From Armatimonadota bacterium (lineage in GTDB: Bacteria > Armatimonadota > UBA5829 > DSUL01), in contig JBDHZC010000009.1 in assembly GCA_039811685.1 (NCBI GenBank), forward strand, positions 32,001 through 96,000: a stretch of 64,000 nt of DNA. The letters run 5' to 3'. How positions within the stretch are numbered: position 1 is the stretch's first letter; every line of letters starts with the position of its first letter. The position numbers were made by a program, and so were the translations under genes. Positions 10,289-20,249 of this stretch are shown here, piece by piece. The notes under the pieces are model-generated. The model did no database searches, had not been told where the DNA came from, and saw only the letters and a program-made list of their open reading frames with translations.

Positions 10289-10418
10289 ATCCCCCTCATT
10301 TTCACCAAAACTGGTAATTGCGGTGACACGCATTTCTGAAAGTCTGTTATTTCTGTCAGGCGGCTATATCTTATTATACTACAACATAGGGTACTGTGGA
10401 TGCTGAGGTGGTGTGGCG

Positions 10419-11787
10419 GGTACCACCTTCTCGAGTGTGTAAAATGGATTTGGCTCTTGTCTGGTGAATGGCTATGCAGCCTGCTGGGGCTGCTGTTTGG
10501 GCGCTCTCCTTCTTCTAGGCTCCCAGATGTCTATGTCAGCCCACCGGTCGTTTAGCCAGGCAAAGACACGGTAGACGGCCCGGTTGCAGGCATCCCGGTT
10601 GGCAAATGCCCCGCAGCCGAAGTTCTGACGGCGCAGTTCTCTGAAGGCCCGCTCGATTGGATTACTCGTCCTCACATACTCACGGTGCAGCTGCGGACAA
10701 CTAAAGAAGGCAAGCAGATGCCCAAGGTCCTCCTCCACCGATGCCACTACCCCCGGATACCGCACGCGCCACAGCCGGGCCCAGGCCCGAAATGCCGCTC
10801 TGGACGATGTAAGATGCGGCGCCTGGTAGACTGCGCGCAGGCCTGACAAGACCTCCTTACGGTCTGAGGCCTTCACAGCCTTGTGGACGTTGCGCATCCG
10901 GTGGCTCCAGCACAACTGGTGCGCTACGTCTCCGAACACCTCTCCAACTGCCTTCTTCAGCCCCAGGTGCTCATCCGAGATGATCAGCTTCAGACTCTCC
11001 GGACGCACGCCACGCTCCTTCAGACGCATCAGAAACCCACGCCACCCACTCTCGTTCTCAAGGGGCGCCCGCTCATACCCGAGCATCTCAAGGCGGCCTT
11101 CTGCGTCAACTCCCTTCGCGGCAAGAACACAAATCCGGGTCGCTTTCACCCCCACGATGTCCTTGGCCCACGCCGCATCCAGAAACAGATACTGCCACTG
11201 CCTCCCAAGCACACGCTCCCGCCACGCCTTCACCCGAGCGTCCAGCTCGACTGCGCACCTTCCCCAGAAGCTTGTCCGACGGCCGGCATCCGCTCACCGA
11301 CTCCATCAGACGTATAACCTCCGCACGCGACAAGCCACAACTGAACGCGCGCAACACCCAACCCTCCACCTCTGGAATGGCTCGGGCGCTGCGCTCCAGA
11401 ACACTCGGAACATAGCCCTGCCCTCTCAGACGTGGAATCCTCACCGTGATCGTGGCAAAAGACGTCTGTACCGCCCGCTCCCGATAGCCGTTACGGTGAT
11501 CTGTGCGCCCCGGCCCACGCTCATACAGACCCGCTCCAGCCCTGACCTCAACTTCTGAAAGGGCCAATGTCTCAAGAAACAGCTTCATAAGACCGGCTGA
11601 TGCCTGGTCCAGATTCCCCCAGAGCTGATGCTCCGGATCCTCAATCCGAGACAAAACCTTCCGCATAACATCAACTGAAGCTATACTCCTCAACAGGGTG
11701 CTCCTCTCGCTTGGTTTTCCATGACAAAGTCAAGTTCAAGACAAGAGCACCCTCCGCCCTTTTTACACACAAGAAAACTACGCTACC
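10419..11787 (-). mobile_element. IS256-family insertion sequence, copy 1 (1369 bp)
   Basis: Imperfect terminal inverted repeats GGTACCACCTTCTCGAGTGTGTAAAA and GGTAGCGTAGTTTTCTTGTGTGTAAAA; near-identical to 14724-16092. Confidence 0.93.
10472..11693 (-). pseudogene. IS256 (Mutator-type DDE) transposase, split by a +1 frameshift near 11250
   Basis: 5' frame: RNGYRER, IPRLR. 3' frame: YLFLDA, IISDEHLGL, QLCWSH, TSNPIER. Removing one base gives about 406 aa. Confidence 0.85.
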
Positions 11788-12171
11788 TACGACGTGGCTG
11801 GTGAGACGGGTCAGGAGCCGACTCCGGGTATGGGAGATTCGGGAGACATGTTCTGGGCAGGGGAAATTCGGGAGTTGGAGAGAGCGATTGCCCGGGCGTG
11901 CAGGTGGCAGAAGCTGCTCGACGAAGGCAAGTTCGAGTCCATCTCCGATCTGGCCAGGGAGATAGGGCTGGATGTCTCCTTCGCCGCCCGGTTGCTGCGG
12001 CTCACGCTTCTTGCGCCGGACATAGTCGAAGCTATCCTCATGGGAGAGGAGCCGAGTGGGTTGTCCCTGACGATGCTGACAAAGCAGTTGCCGTCGCTGT
12101 GGGATGAACAGCGGGCCATGTTCGGCTTCACGCCTCCGAACTGCCCTGGGACGGCGCGATCAGCTGTCTAG
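11788..12171 (+). pseudogene. Probably 5'-truncated HTH protein of the type found beside serine recombinases of integrative elements
   Basis: AIARACRWQKLLDEGKFESISDLAREIG..RLLRLTLLAPDIVEAIL..LP..WDEQR; the frame is open up to the IS end. Confidence 0.7.
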
Positions 12172-12270
12172 GAAAAAAGCGTCTCACGGGCCGGCCACTA
12201 TACCCCCGTAAGCCGCATATCCGGTGCAGTTCTCCACAACTTCCGGGCCAGATAGGACAGCAGGCCCGAT

Positions 12271-13521
12271 TCATCGAGAATGCCACCATGCCACACCGAG
12301 ACATCGCTTCCCAGAGTCAAAAACCTCTTCGCCCTTGCCGCTACGAAGCTGTGTGTCATAGAGCCAGAGCTTGAACCAGTCGTTCGCATTGTCCACTGGC
12401 TTCTCACCGTAGCTGATCGCCCCGACTATGACGACCGTCTTCCCGTCGGGATGCCAGCCTTGCATCCGTCGCTCGGTAGCCGGGTCTGAGCCCTGGAAGA
12501 ACTCACCCCACCGGACTACTCGATCTGCCCGTCTGCTCTTGGTATCCACAACCCAGAGCTGTTGGTCTAGACTCAGGCGAGGCTCCCCCGACCAGGATGA
12601 CACTAGGATTGCCAGTCGGTCTCCGCCCTTGTTGAACTGGAAGGATGCGTCAAAAGACCCTTCCCCTGTTGGTATCTTCAGCTTAGAAGCCTGTCGGCCG
12701 CCTTTGCGAACGAGATAGAAGCCTTTTTCGTCGGACAGGACGAAATGAGAACCGTCCGGCGACTCGGCTACTCCCCCGACATACCTCGGCCAGTCGAAGA
12801 GATGTCTGCTCTTTCCCTTCAGTGGCAGATAGGACAGGTGCGAGCCTTTTCGCTCTGGCGTGCTCTCCACAGTGATCACAGCGTTGCCGTCAGCGGACCA
12901 GTTCGCTATGTCTAGATTCTGAATAGAGGAGAGTTTGCGAGCACTGCGTGTAGCCGTATCGTAGAGGTAGAGGCATGCCTGGTATGGTCGCCTGCCAAGG
13001 TCGCGGCGACCCAGGAGCAGATTGCTCTTGGGTGACCATTGCATCCGGCCCTTCAACTCGTCTGAATACCATCTATCCCCCGTGCACTCCGAAGGAGGAT
13101 CGACGCGCGTTACGGGTTTGCCCCACTCCCAGTACCAGTCACTCTTGTCGATGCTGGAAATCAGCTCTTCTTCTCCGCCGAAGGAGAAAGTGCCGCCAAG
13201 CACGGTGCGCGTCTCTCCTGTTGTCTTGTTCTTGAACACCATACCGGAACTGCCGGTGAAGTACAGATAGTTGCCGTCAGGCGATGGGGTAATAGAGTCG
13301 ATAACGGTCTTGAAGTCAGCCGGTAGCGACTCATGGGAAATGAGCACTGTCGTCTTGCCGGTGTCGAGGTTCTTTTCCAGTACATCCGTTGGCGACAGGA
13401 GTGCGCTTCCGCTTGGGCGAAGGAATATGACACGGCCCAGCGATTTGGAGTGGGCGGGCGGACTTGCGCCGAGAAAGAGTGCAAGGCACAAGGCTCCGGT
13501 CAACCGGCAAGCTGATATCAT
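12271..13521 (-). CDS. Secreted TolB/WD40-like beta-propeller protein
   Basis: Signal peptide; repeated SPDG, WSPK, WSADG, WHPDG blades; RBS AAGGAGG. Confidence 0.75.
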   Translation of the reverse strand: MISACRLTGALCLALFLGASPPAHSKSLGRVIFLRPSGSALLSPTDVLEKNLDTGKTTVLISHESLPADFKTVIDSITPSPDGNYLYFTGSSGMVFKNKTTGETRTVLGGTFSFGGEEELISSIDKSDWYWEWGKPVTRVDPPSECTGDRWYSDELKGRMQWSPKSNLLLGRRDLGRRPYQACLYLYDTATRSARKLSSIQNLDIANWSADGNAVITVESTPERKGSHLSYLPLKGKSRHLFDWPRYVGGVAESPDGSHFVLSDEKGFYLVRKGGRQASKLKIPTGEGSFDASFQFNKGGDRLAILVSSWSGEPRLSLDQQLWVVDTKSRRADRVVRWGEFFQGSDPATERRMQGWHPDGKTVVIVGAISYGEKPVDNANDWFKLWLYDTQLRSGKGEEVFDSGKRCLGVAWWHSR

Positions 13522-13611
13522 CGTATCGCCTCCTTCGTCGTCTCATCCCAGTTCTCGTGCGCCCCGAATCCGCGCTTCCTGGGCTTCGGGGCGCATCATC
13601 AAGCCCTACCG

Positions 13612-14723
13612 CTATTCCGACGGTATGGTGATTCTGATGTCGTCCTCCCTCACATGCGGAGACGTCGGATACCACGATATGGTAGCGATGCCACCCGTGA
13701 ACTTGCCGTCCTCGTCCGACGTCCCGCTGGACCAGTTAGTCCAACCGCCCGAACTCGTCTTCAGTTGCCCGGAGTTCCAGTAGACGCGCTCGCAGTAAGA
13801 GCCGGTCTTCTTCACACCCTTCCAGCCCTGTGGTGCCTTGTGAGCGATTGAGTGCGTCCGTTTGACACGCACATTCTCGCCTTCTTTGCACCCCGCATAG
13901 CTCCCCAGAGTGCGAGTCAGGTCCTGCGACTCGCTGTAGATCTTCAGAGCGCACACCTTCTCCTTCCGTCCTGGGAGTGTCGCACGGGCGTGATATCGGA
14001 TCTCCAAGTCTTGGTCCGGGTTGAACCTCCCCCACTCTCCGGGCGGGATGTTCACCAGAGGGTGGTTGGGATCGCTGCCCCGAGACTTGATGTAAGGTGC
14101 CCATGTCTTGCCTCCGCCCTCGCCCTCAGGTGGCTCCTGGTTCGGCAGATACTGACTCAACACTCCAGCATCGACTTCCCACTTGGTCGTGCCGCCCGTG
14201 CTTCCGAGCATTATGTAGGCGAAATCTCCCTTTCTCTGATGTATGAAGCAACCGGTCCCCTTATACTTCGGCAGCGTAATGCGCCCTTGCGCCCCAGCGT
14301 AGCCGTTCGCGAGTTTGGTCTTCACTCTTCGATACGGCCCATCCGCAGCAGGAAGGTTTGTGGCCAGCAGTTGCATGCCCGAAGCCTCAGACTCATCAAA
14401 CAGAGAGATGGCGATCTCATCGTGTCTCCACACGAACTGATTTGTGCCCGGAATCACATATCCGTCAGGCGGCAGGATCTCGGATTGACCATCTTGGTAG
14501 ACTCTGCCGTCAGGGCCCACCACCCTCAGTTGCCCTTCAGTATCCGGGTAGACTGACCGGAATGCGCTCAAGACGGCACCCGGAGTGGGGCTGTCCCAGG
14601 GGATCGCGCCAGACATCGGAGCGTCGTCGTCCTCATTTGATGGGTGGATTTCGCCATAGTCAGCAACGGCCTTGACAGTGTAGTAGTATCGCGTTCCGTC
14701 AGTCAATCCCGTATCCGTATAGG
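13612..14723 (-). pseudogene. 5'-truncated secreted protein: end of an Fn3 domain plus a YrpD-like beta-sandwich
   Basis: The frame reads YTDTGLTDGTRYYYTVKAV directly from the IS boundary; GPYRRV..GY.G..G.ITLP resembles the YrpD family (recalled similarity). Confidence 0.65.
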
Positions 14724-16092
14724 GGTACTACCTTCTCGAGTGTGTAAATTGGATTTGGCTCTTGTCTGGTGAATGGCTATGCAGCCTGCTGGGGCTGCTG
14801 TTTGCGCGCTCTCCTTCTTCTAGGCTCCCAGATGTCTATGTCAGCCCACCGGTCGTTTAGCCAGGCAAAGACACGGTAGACGGCCCGGTTGCAGGCATCC
14901 CGGTTGGCAAATGCCCCGCAGCCGAAGTTCTGACGGCGCAGTTCTCTGAAGGCCCGCTCGATTGGATTACTCGTCCTCACATACTCACGGTGCAGCTGCG
15001 GACAACTAAAGAAGGCAAGCAGATGCCCAAGGTCCTCCTCCACCGATGCCACTACCCCCGGATACCGCACGCGCCACAGCCGGGCCCAGGCCCGAAATGC
15101 CGCTCTGGACGATGTAAGATGCGGCGCCTGGTAGACTGCGCGCAGGCCTGACAAGACCTCCTTACGGTCTGAGGCCTTCACAGCCTTGTGGACGTTGCGC
15201 ATCCGGTGGCTCCAGCACAACTGGTGCGCTACGTCTCCGAACACCTCTCCAACTGCCTTCTTCAGCCCCAGGTGCTCATCCGAGATGATCAGCTTCAGAC
15301 TCTCCGGACGCACGCCACGCTCCTTCAGACGCATCAGAAACCCACGCCACCCACTCTCGTTCTCAAGGGGCGCCCGCTCATACCCGAGCATCTCAAGGCG
15401 GCCTTCTGCGTCAACTCCCTTCGCGGCAAGAACACAAATCCGGGTCGCTTTCACCCCCACGATGTCCTTGGCCCACGCCGCATCCAGAAACAGATACTGC
15501 CACTGCCTCCCAAGCACACGCTCCCGCCACGCCTTCACCCGAGCGTCCAGCTCGACTGCGCACCTTCCCCAGAAGCTTGTCCGACGGCCGGCATCCGCTC
15601 ACCGACTCCATCAGACGTATAACCTCCGCACGCGACAAGCCACAACTGAACGCGCGCAACACCCAACCCTCCACCTCTGGAATGGCTCGGGCGCTGCGCT
15701 CCAGAACACTCGGAACATAGCCCTGCCCTCTCAGACGTGGAATCCTCACCGTGATCGTGGCAAAAGACGTCTGTACCGCCCGCTCCCGATAGCCGTTACG
15801 GTGATCTGTGCGCCCCGGCCCACGCTCATACAGACCCGCTCCAGCCCTGACCTCAACTTCTGAAAGGGCCAATGTCTCAAGAAACAGCTTCATAAGACCG
15901 GCTGATGCCTGGTCCAGATTCCCCCAGAGCTGATGCTCCGGATCCTCAATCCGAGACAAAACCTTCCGCATAACATCAACTGAAGCTATACTCCTCAACA
16001 GGGTGCTCCTCTCGCTTGGTTTTCCATGACAAAGTCAAGTTCAAGACAAGAGCACCCTCCGCCCTTTTTACACACAAGAAAACTACGCTACC
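14724..16092 (-). mobile_element. IS256-family insertion sequence, copy 2 (1369 bp)
   Basis: Same terminal repeats and ORFs as copy 1 at an offset of 4305 bp. Confidence 0.93.
14777..15998 (-). pseudogene. IS256 transposase with the same frameshift as copy 1
   Basis: ORFs 15411-15998 and 14777-15538 match copy 1. Confidence 0.85.
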
Positions 16093-16127
16093 GTGTGGCG
16101 AACGTGTTTGTGCAATAGTGTGCATTT

Positions 16128-17294
16128 ATGGACAGAGATGAGGCGGGACGGAGCAACGGTGATCCGCAGGGTAGACGATTAGCACGACGCAGAGTAACTC
16201 ATCTGAGTGAGGCAGGACGACTGGCGCAAGCGCTGGATGTTTTGCTGCAGAAAGCCGGCGTTTCCTCTGACGAACTCCACACTCTTCAGCGGCGGATTAC
16301 CCGCGAAGAAAAAGCCTGCATCCAGAGAAGCGAAGGGCGAATAGAATCTCGTAAACGCTTCAAGTGTCATTCACCGCACCCGTTGCTGGATAAGCGTCCT
16401 GTCATCAATCTGTTCATCGACGAAGCCGGCAAGTCAACGCCTGAACCGCGAAATCAAACGCCGTTCTTCGCGCTGGGAGGCGTCGCACTTTCTTCAGATG
16501 CCGTAACGCGATACTGCAAGGGTGCAGATGAGCTGAAACGAGAATTCTTCGGCCGATCTGACCTGACATTCCACGAGCCAGCGATGCGGCGGCGAGAAGA
16601 GCCCTATTACTTCGAAGGGGACATCAATAAGCAGATGGCGTTTGATAGCGCGCTGCGTGAGCTCCTTGCCCGGACCGACTTTACCGCTTTTGGCGTTGGA
16701 GTAAGAAAGGCGGCCTTCCAGAAAGAGTTCGTGGAAAACGGGCTGGACCCGTACCTGCCGACGGACGCTTACTCGGTCGCAATTCAGATGCTTCTCGAAC
16801 GCTTTGTGGATTTTCTGGCGACGCGCTCAGATCGGAAGCTCGGCCAGGTCTCATTTGAAAGCCAGGGACCAAAAGAAGACGTGCTGCACCAGCTCGACTA
16901 TGCGCGCACGCTGGCGGACGGAACGCAGTGGGTGCCTGAATCCGCTTTTCGATATTGGCTGGAGCCCGGATTGCGCTTTCTTCCAAAGAGCGGAACGCAC
17001 CCTATGGAGATAGCTGATTTGTGGGTACGGGACATCTTCGAATGGGTCCGCTCCAACTGTTCCCACTCTCCAAAATTCTGGGATGCGCTCGGCAGGAAGA
17101 TCTATTGCCGGGAGGACGGAGCCTACGGAAAGTTCGGGCTGAAAGTCTTTCCAGATTCTGATTTGCGGGCGGAGATACTGGCTCACCGGGTCTTGTGCGG
17201 GGCGACGCCACAAAAACTGAAAGCGCCTCCCCTGAAGCAGGAGAGGCGCCGACAGCGTAAATCACTGTCCACTGATATAGTTCTACCATACTGA
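16128..17294 (+). CDS. DUF3800 family protein (RNase H-like fold) with N-terminal extension
   Basis: LFIDEAGK, FFALGGV, FHE, FESQG, MEIADL, C-terminal GLKVFP motif. Confidence 0.8.
   Translation: MDRDEAGRSNGDPQGRRLARRRVTHLSEAGRLAQALDVLLQKAGVSSDELHTLQRRITREEKACIQRSEGRIESRKRFKCHSPHPLLDKRPVINLFIDEAGKSTPEPRNQTPFFALGGVALSSDAVTRYCKGADELKREFFGRSDLTFHEPAMRRREEPYYFEGDINKQMAFDSALRELLARTDFTAFGVGVRKAAFQKEFVENGLDPYLPTDAYSVAIQMLLERFVDFLATRSDRKLGQVSFESQGPKEDVLHQLDYARTLADGTQWVPESAFRYWLEPGLRFLPKSGTHPMEIADLWVRDIFEWVRSNCSHSPKFWDALGRKIYCREDGAYGKFGLKVFPDSDLRAEILAHRVLCGATPQKLKAPPLKQERRRQRKSLSTDIVLPY
17211..17275 (+). ncRNA. Candidate DUF3800-associated structured RNA overlapping the gene's 3' end
   Basis: A-rich CAAAAACTGAAA, then hairpin GCGCCTC..CCTG-AAG-CAGG..GAGGCGC, then hairpin GACAG..CTGTC-CA. 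Confidence 0.45.
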
Positions 17295-17407
17295 GGCTTG
17301 GTCGTCAACCATTCTGGCCACTTTCGACTGACGTTCTGACCTTCCGTATTGCCAGTACAGGAAGCGGATATAATATGAGCCGTAGCGCCTGCGTATGATT
17401 TCCGGGG

Positions 17408-18505
17408 GTGACAGAGATGAAGACTTCGTTTGCAGCGTTTGTTCTGACAGCCTGTATTAGCGTGGCCCTGGTTGTCTCGCCGCGCGCGTGCGGGGCTGCG
17501 GCCGAGGGCTTCGATGCGCCCTCTTTCTCACTGAAAGATCAGAATGGCAGAGCGCACGCACTGAGTGACTACAAAGGTCAGTGGGTGGTTCTGGCGTTCT
17601 ACCCGGCGGATATGACTCCGGGGTGCACGCTGGAGAATCGGTCGCTGAGAGACTCAAATGCGCAGCTCAAGAAGCTGAACGCGGTGACGCTGGCTGTGAG
17701 CGTGCAGGACTCCGCAAGCCACGCCAGGTTTTGTGAGGCGGAGAAGCTGACGCAGACTCTGCTGGCGGATACTGAGGGCAGCGTTGCACGCTCCTGGGGC
17801 GTTCTGGGAGACAACGGTCTGGCCCGGCGCGTGACTTTCATCATCAATCCACAGGGGCGGATCGCCCGTGTGATGGACAAGGTGAATGTGCAGACGCACG
17901 GGGAGGATGTCGTTGCGGAGATAAGGCGGCTTCAACAGGCAGGCCCCGAACCCACAGTCTACAAGCCGCGCACCCGTGGAATAAAACCGCTCAAAGCCGG
18001 GGAAACCGCGCCACTGTTCAGTCTCCCGGAGGTTGGTTCCGGCAAAGTGGTGGCTCTGAGCGATCTTCGCCACGGCCACAAAGGTGTGCTTGTCGTCTGG
18101 GTGAGCGTGCAGTGTCCGGTATCGAATGCCTACCAGGGCCGTCTGAATGCGCTGAAACAGAAGTACGCGGAATCCGTCGCCTTTGTCGCCATTGACTCCA
18201 ACAGCACAGAGACTCAGCAGCAGATCGAGAAACACTTTGCGCCGCCGGTGCTGGGCTTCGCCGTTCTCAGAGACGTTGAGAACGTTGTTGCCAACGACTA
18301 CGGCGCCAGGGTGACTCCGGAAGCGTTTCTGATTGATAAGGATGGCATTGTGCGCTATCACGGCGCGGTGGACGACTCTCAGGACCCTGCCGGAGTTCAG
18401 ACGAGCTACCTCGACAACGCTCTGAAAGCCTTTGTCACCGGTGATCCGATTGTGCCAACAGACACCAGAGCCTTTGGCTGTTCAATTCAGCGAGTGAGGA
18501 AGTAG
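17408..18505 (+). CDS. Secreted tandem redoxin: BCP-type peroxiredoxin fused to an AhpC/TSA thioredoxin-like domain
   Basis: FYPADMTPGCTLE; second domain QCPVS, TPEAFLID, YHGAVDD, GCSI. Confidence 0.85.
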   Translation: MTEMKTSFAAFVLTACISVALVVSPRACGAAAEGFDAPSFSLKDQNGRAHALSDYKGQWVVLAFYPADMTPGCTLENRSLRDSNAQLKKLNAVTLAVSVQDSASHARFCEAEKLTQTLLADTEGSVARSWGVLGDNGLARRVTFIINPQGRIARVMDKVNVQTHGEDVVAEIRRLQQAGPEPTVYKPRTRGIKPLKAGETAPLFSLPEVGSGKVVALSDLRHGHKGVLVVWVSVQCPVSNAYQGRLNALKQKYAESVAFVAIDSNSTETQQQIEKHFAPPVLGFAVLRDVENVVANDYGARVTPEAFLIDKDGIVRYHGAVDDSQDPAGVQTSYLDNALKAFVTGDPIVPTDTRAFGCSIQRVRK

Positions 18506-18610
18506 AGGCAGACCGCCCACGGAATGACCCGCCGACTCCTTCGAGGGCGCCGCCTGGTCTGGAGGGCACTGTTCTGCTTTAGTCCCTCCAGTTGGATCGC
18601 TCCAGAACGG

Positions 18611-19114
18611 TCAGTCCGCAATCACCTTGTAGGTTCTGGACTCAGAAGCCACCAGAGGCGGGGCGCCGCCGTCTTTCGTCGCCTCGGCCACGTCCTTGAA
18701 CACGCGCTTGTGGCCATCACGGAACTCCTCTGACTTGGTCCAGGCGAGGAAGGTCTCTTCAGACTCCCACAGTGTCATTACTAGATAGGACAGCGGCTTC
18801 TTGCTGTCCTGAAGCACGCGCATCGCCACAAAGCCAGGGCTGCCGTCAATGGCGTGTACGCGGCTCTTGAAGAGCTTCTCAAAGCGCGCCTGATAGCTCT
18901 TTGCGCAGGTGATCTCGTTGATCACGATGCACCCGATTCTGGCAGCCTGTTCTTTGCTGACGGTCTGGTCCTTACTCAGAGCTGCAGAGACTACCGCTGC
19001 GGCTCCGGGCTCCCTGGGCTCAGCGACGCGGTTGCTCATGTTCGCTCCCTGCGTTACAGCCACCGCGCTGACAAGCACGACGGAAAGCACCTCAAGCAGT
19101 TTCATCTTCATCAA
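18611..19114 (-). CDS. Antibiotic biosynthesis monooxygenase (ABM/IsdG-like) protein with N-terminal signal
   Basis: IVINEI, FEKLFKSR, PGFV, YLVMTLWESEETFLAWTKSEEFRDGH. Confidence 0.8.
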   Translation of the reverse strand: MMKMKLLEVLSVVLVSAVAVTQGANMSNRVAEPREPGAAAVVSAALSKDQTVSKEQAARIGCIVINEITCAKSYQARFEKLFKSRVHAIDGSPGFVAMRVLQDSKKPLSYLVMTLWESEETFLAWTKSEEFRDGHKRVFKDVAEATKDGGAPPLVASESRTYKVIAD

Positions 19115-19390
19115 GTTGTATCCCTTTTACATGCCACTCAGTAGCATGTAATGTGTCCATGACCGCGCTCCTTGGGAGAGGGCGGCCTGCAAGAGTCACA
19201 TGCAACTGAGTGGTATCTAGATGCGATGGCATCCACTGTGTGTGAGACGCCGGGGGCCGATGTCCTCTTTCAGAGTTTGCAGCGGCTGTTGCTCGGGCGT
19301 CCCGTGCCCTATCCAGAAAAAGACACGCTTCAGTACTGGTACTATTGGTCTCTTTTCATCTGGGGTGACGGTTACGCATTATACCGTAGA

Positions 19391-19405
19391 TGCAACCGAT
19401 TTGCA
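19391..19405. promoter_or_regulatory. Imperfect 7-1-7 palindrome, possible Fur-family operator
   Basis: TGCAACC-G-ATTTGCA between divergent genes, beside a minus-strand TATAAT (19378-19383). Confidence 0.35.
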
Positions 19406-19431
19406 CCTGGTCTGGCCATAAAAAAGGAAAA

Positions 19432-20151
19432 ATGAAGATGGTGAAAAAGCTGGCCGTCGCCGCCGTTTTCGGCGCTTCTATCGTTGCAGCGTGGGCTGCC
19501 CTTCCCACATCTGTAATCGCGGCGCCCTCCGGGCTCAATCTGATCCCCACCGCCGAGGTCCTGCCCAAGAACGCACTCAGTCTGGAGATGGAGACTCCCC
19601 ACGTGCGAGGTCTGTGGAACGGCAAAGACAGTGTCTGGATGATGACTCAGATGGGGCTGGGGGCAGGCATTGAGGCAGGCATTGACTGGAGCCCGCGAGA
19701 CAGAAAGGCTGTCTTCAATGCCAAAGCGCGCTTGCTGCAAAGTGGAAAGAACGCCGTGCATCTGACGGCGGGTGTGCAGGGAATCACACAGCGCTGCGCG
19801 GCTCAGCCTTACGCCGTCGCCACTCACTTCCACAGTCGGGCGACGCTGCACGCGGGCGCTATGCGCATCGAGCGCGCCACCAGTCTGATAGCGGGCGCTT
19901 CTTATCTAATCAGCCCGCAATGCGTGCTGCAGGTGGACTACACGTCAGGGGCTCTGAACAGCTCTTCTGCCGGCATCGCCTGTCAGATAAGCGATAGCAT
20001 CACCGTCACGCTGGCTCACACAGTGGGCAACTCTTCTCTATGCGGCAACTCGACGTTGCTGAACGTCTCTTTGTCCTGTGCCCTGGACAGATCTCACGCT
20101 TCATCAGCGAGTGACGCGGTCCGTGGACATGAGGAGCTTCCGTCAAAGTGA
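19432..20151 (+). CDS. Secreted, putative outer-membrane beta-barrel protein
   Basis: Signal peptide; APSGLNLIPTAEVL start; alternating beta-strand pattern. Confidence 0.6.
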   Translation: MKMVKKLAVAAVFGASIVAAWAALPTSVIAAPSGLNLIPTAEVLPKNALSLEMETPHVRGLWNGKDSVWMMTQMGLGAGIEAGIDWSPRDRKAVFNAKARLLQSGKNAVHLTAGVQGITQRCAAQPYAVATHFHSRATLHAGAMRIERATSLIAGASYLISPQCVLQVDYTSGALNSSSAGIACQISDSITVTLAHTVGNSSLCGNSTLLNVSLSCALDRSHASSASDAVRGHEELPSK

Positions 20152-20249
20152 TTGTGACATGGGGCAAGCTGGAGGTTCGCCCGTCGCTCGACGGTCTGAG
20201 GCTACCTGGCTGGAATAGTATCAGCCTGCGACCCCAACCGGAAAGAGGC

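Larger units (their letters stand above)
10419..16092. mobile_element. Composite transposon of two direct-repeat IS256-family copies with about 2.9 kb cargo
   Basis: GTGTGGCG at 10411-10418 and again at 16093-16100; the inner flanks (TACGACGT, CGTATAGG) do not match each other. Confidence 0.9.

Noticed and set aside
19255..19285. c-di-GMP-I riboswitch-like GCAAACTCTGAAAGAGGAC on the minus strand
   Set aside because: It lacks the following GCAAAG and the P2/P1 elements.
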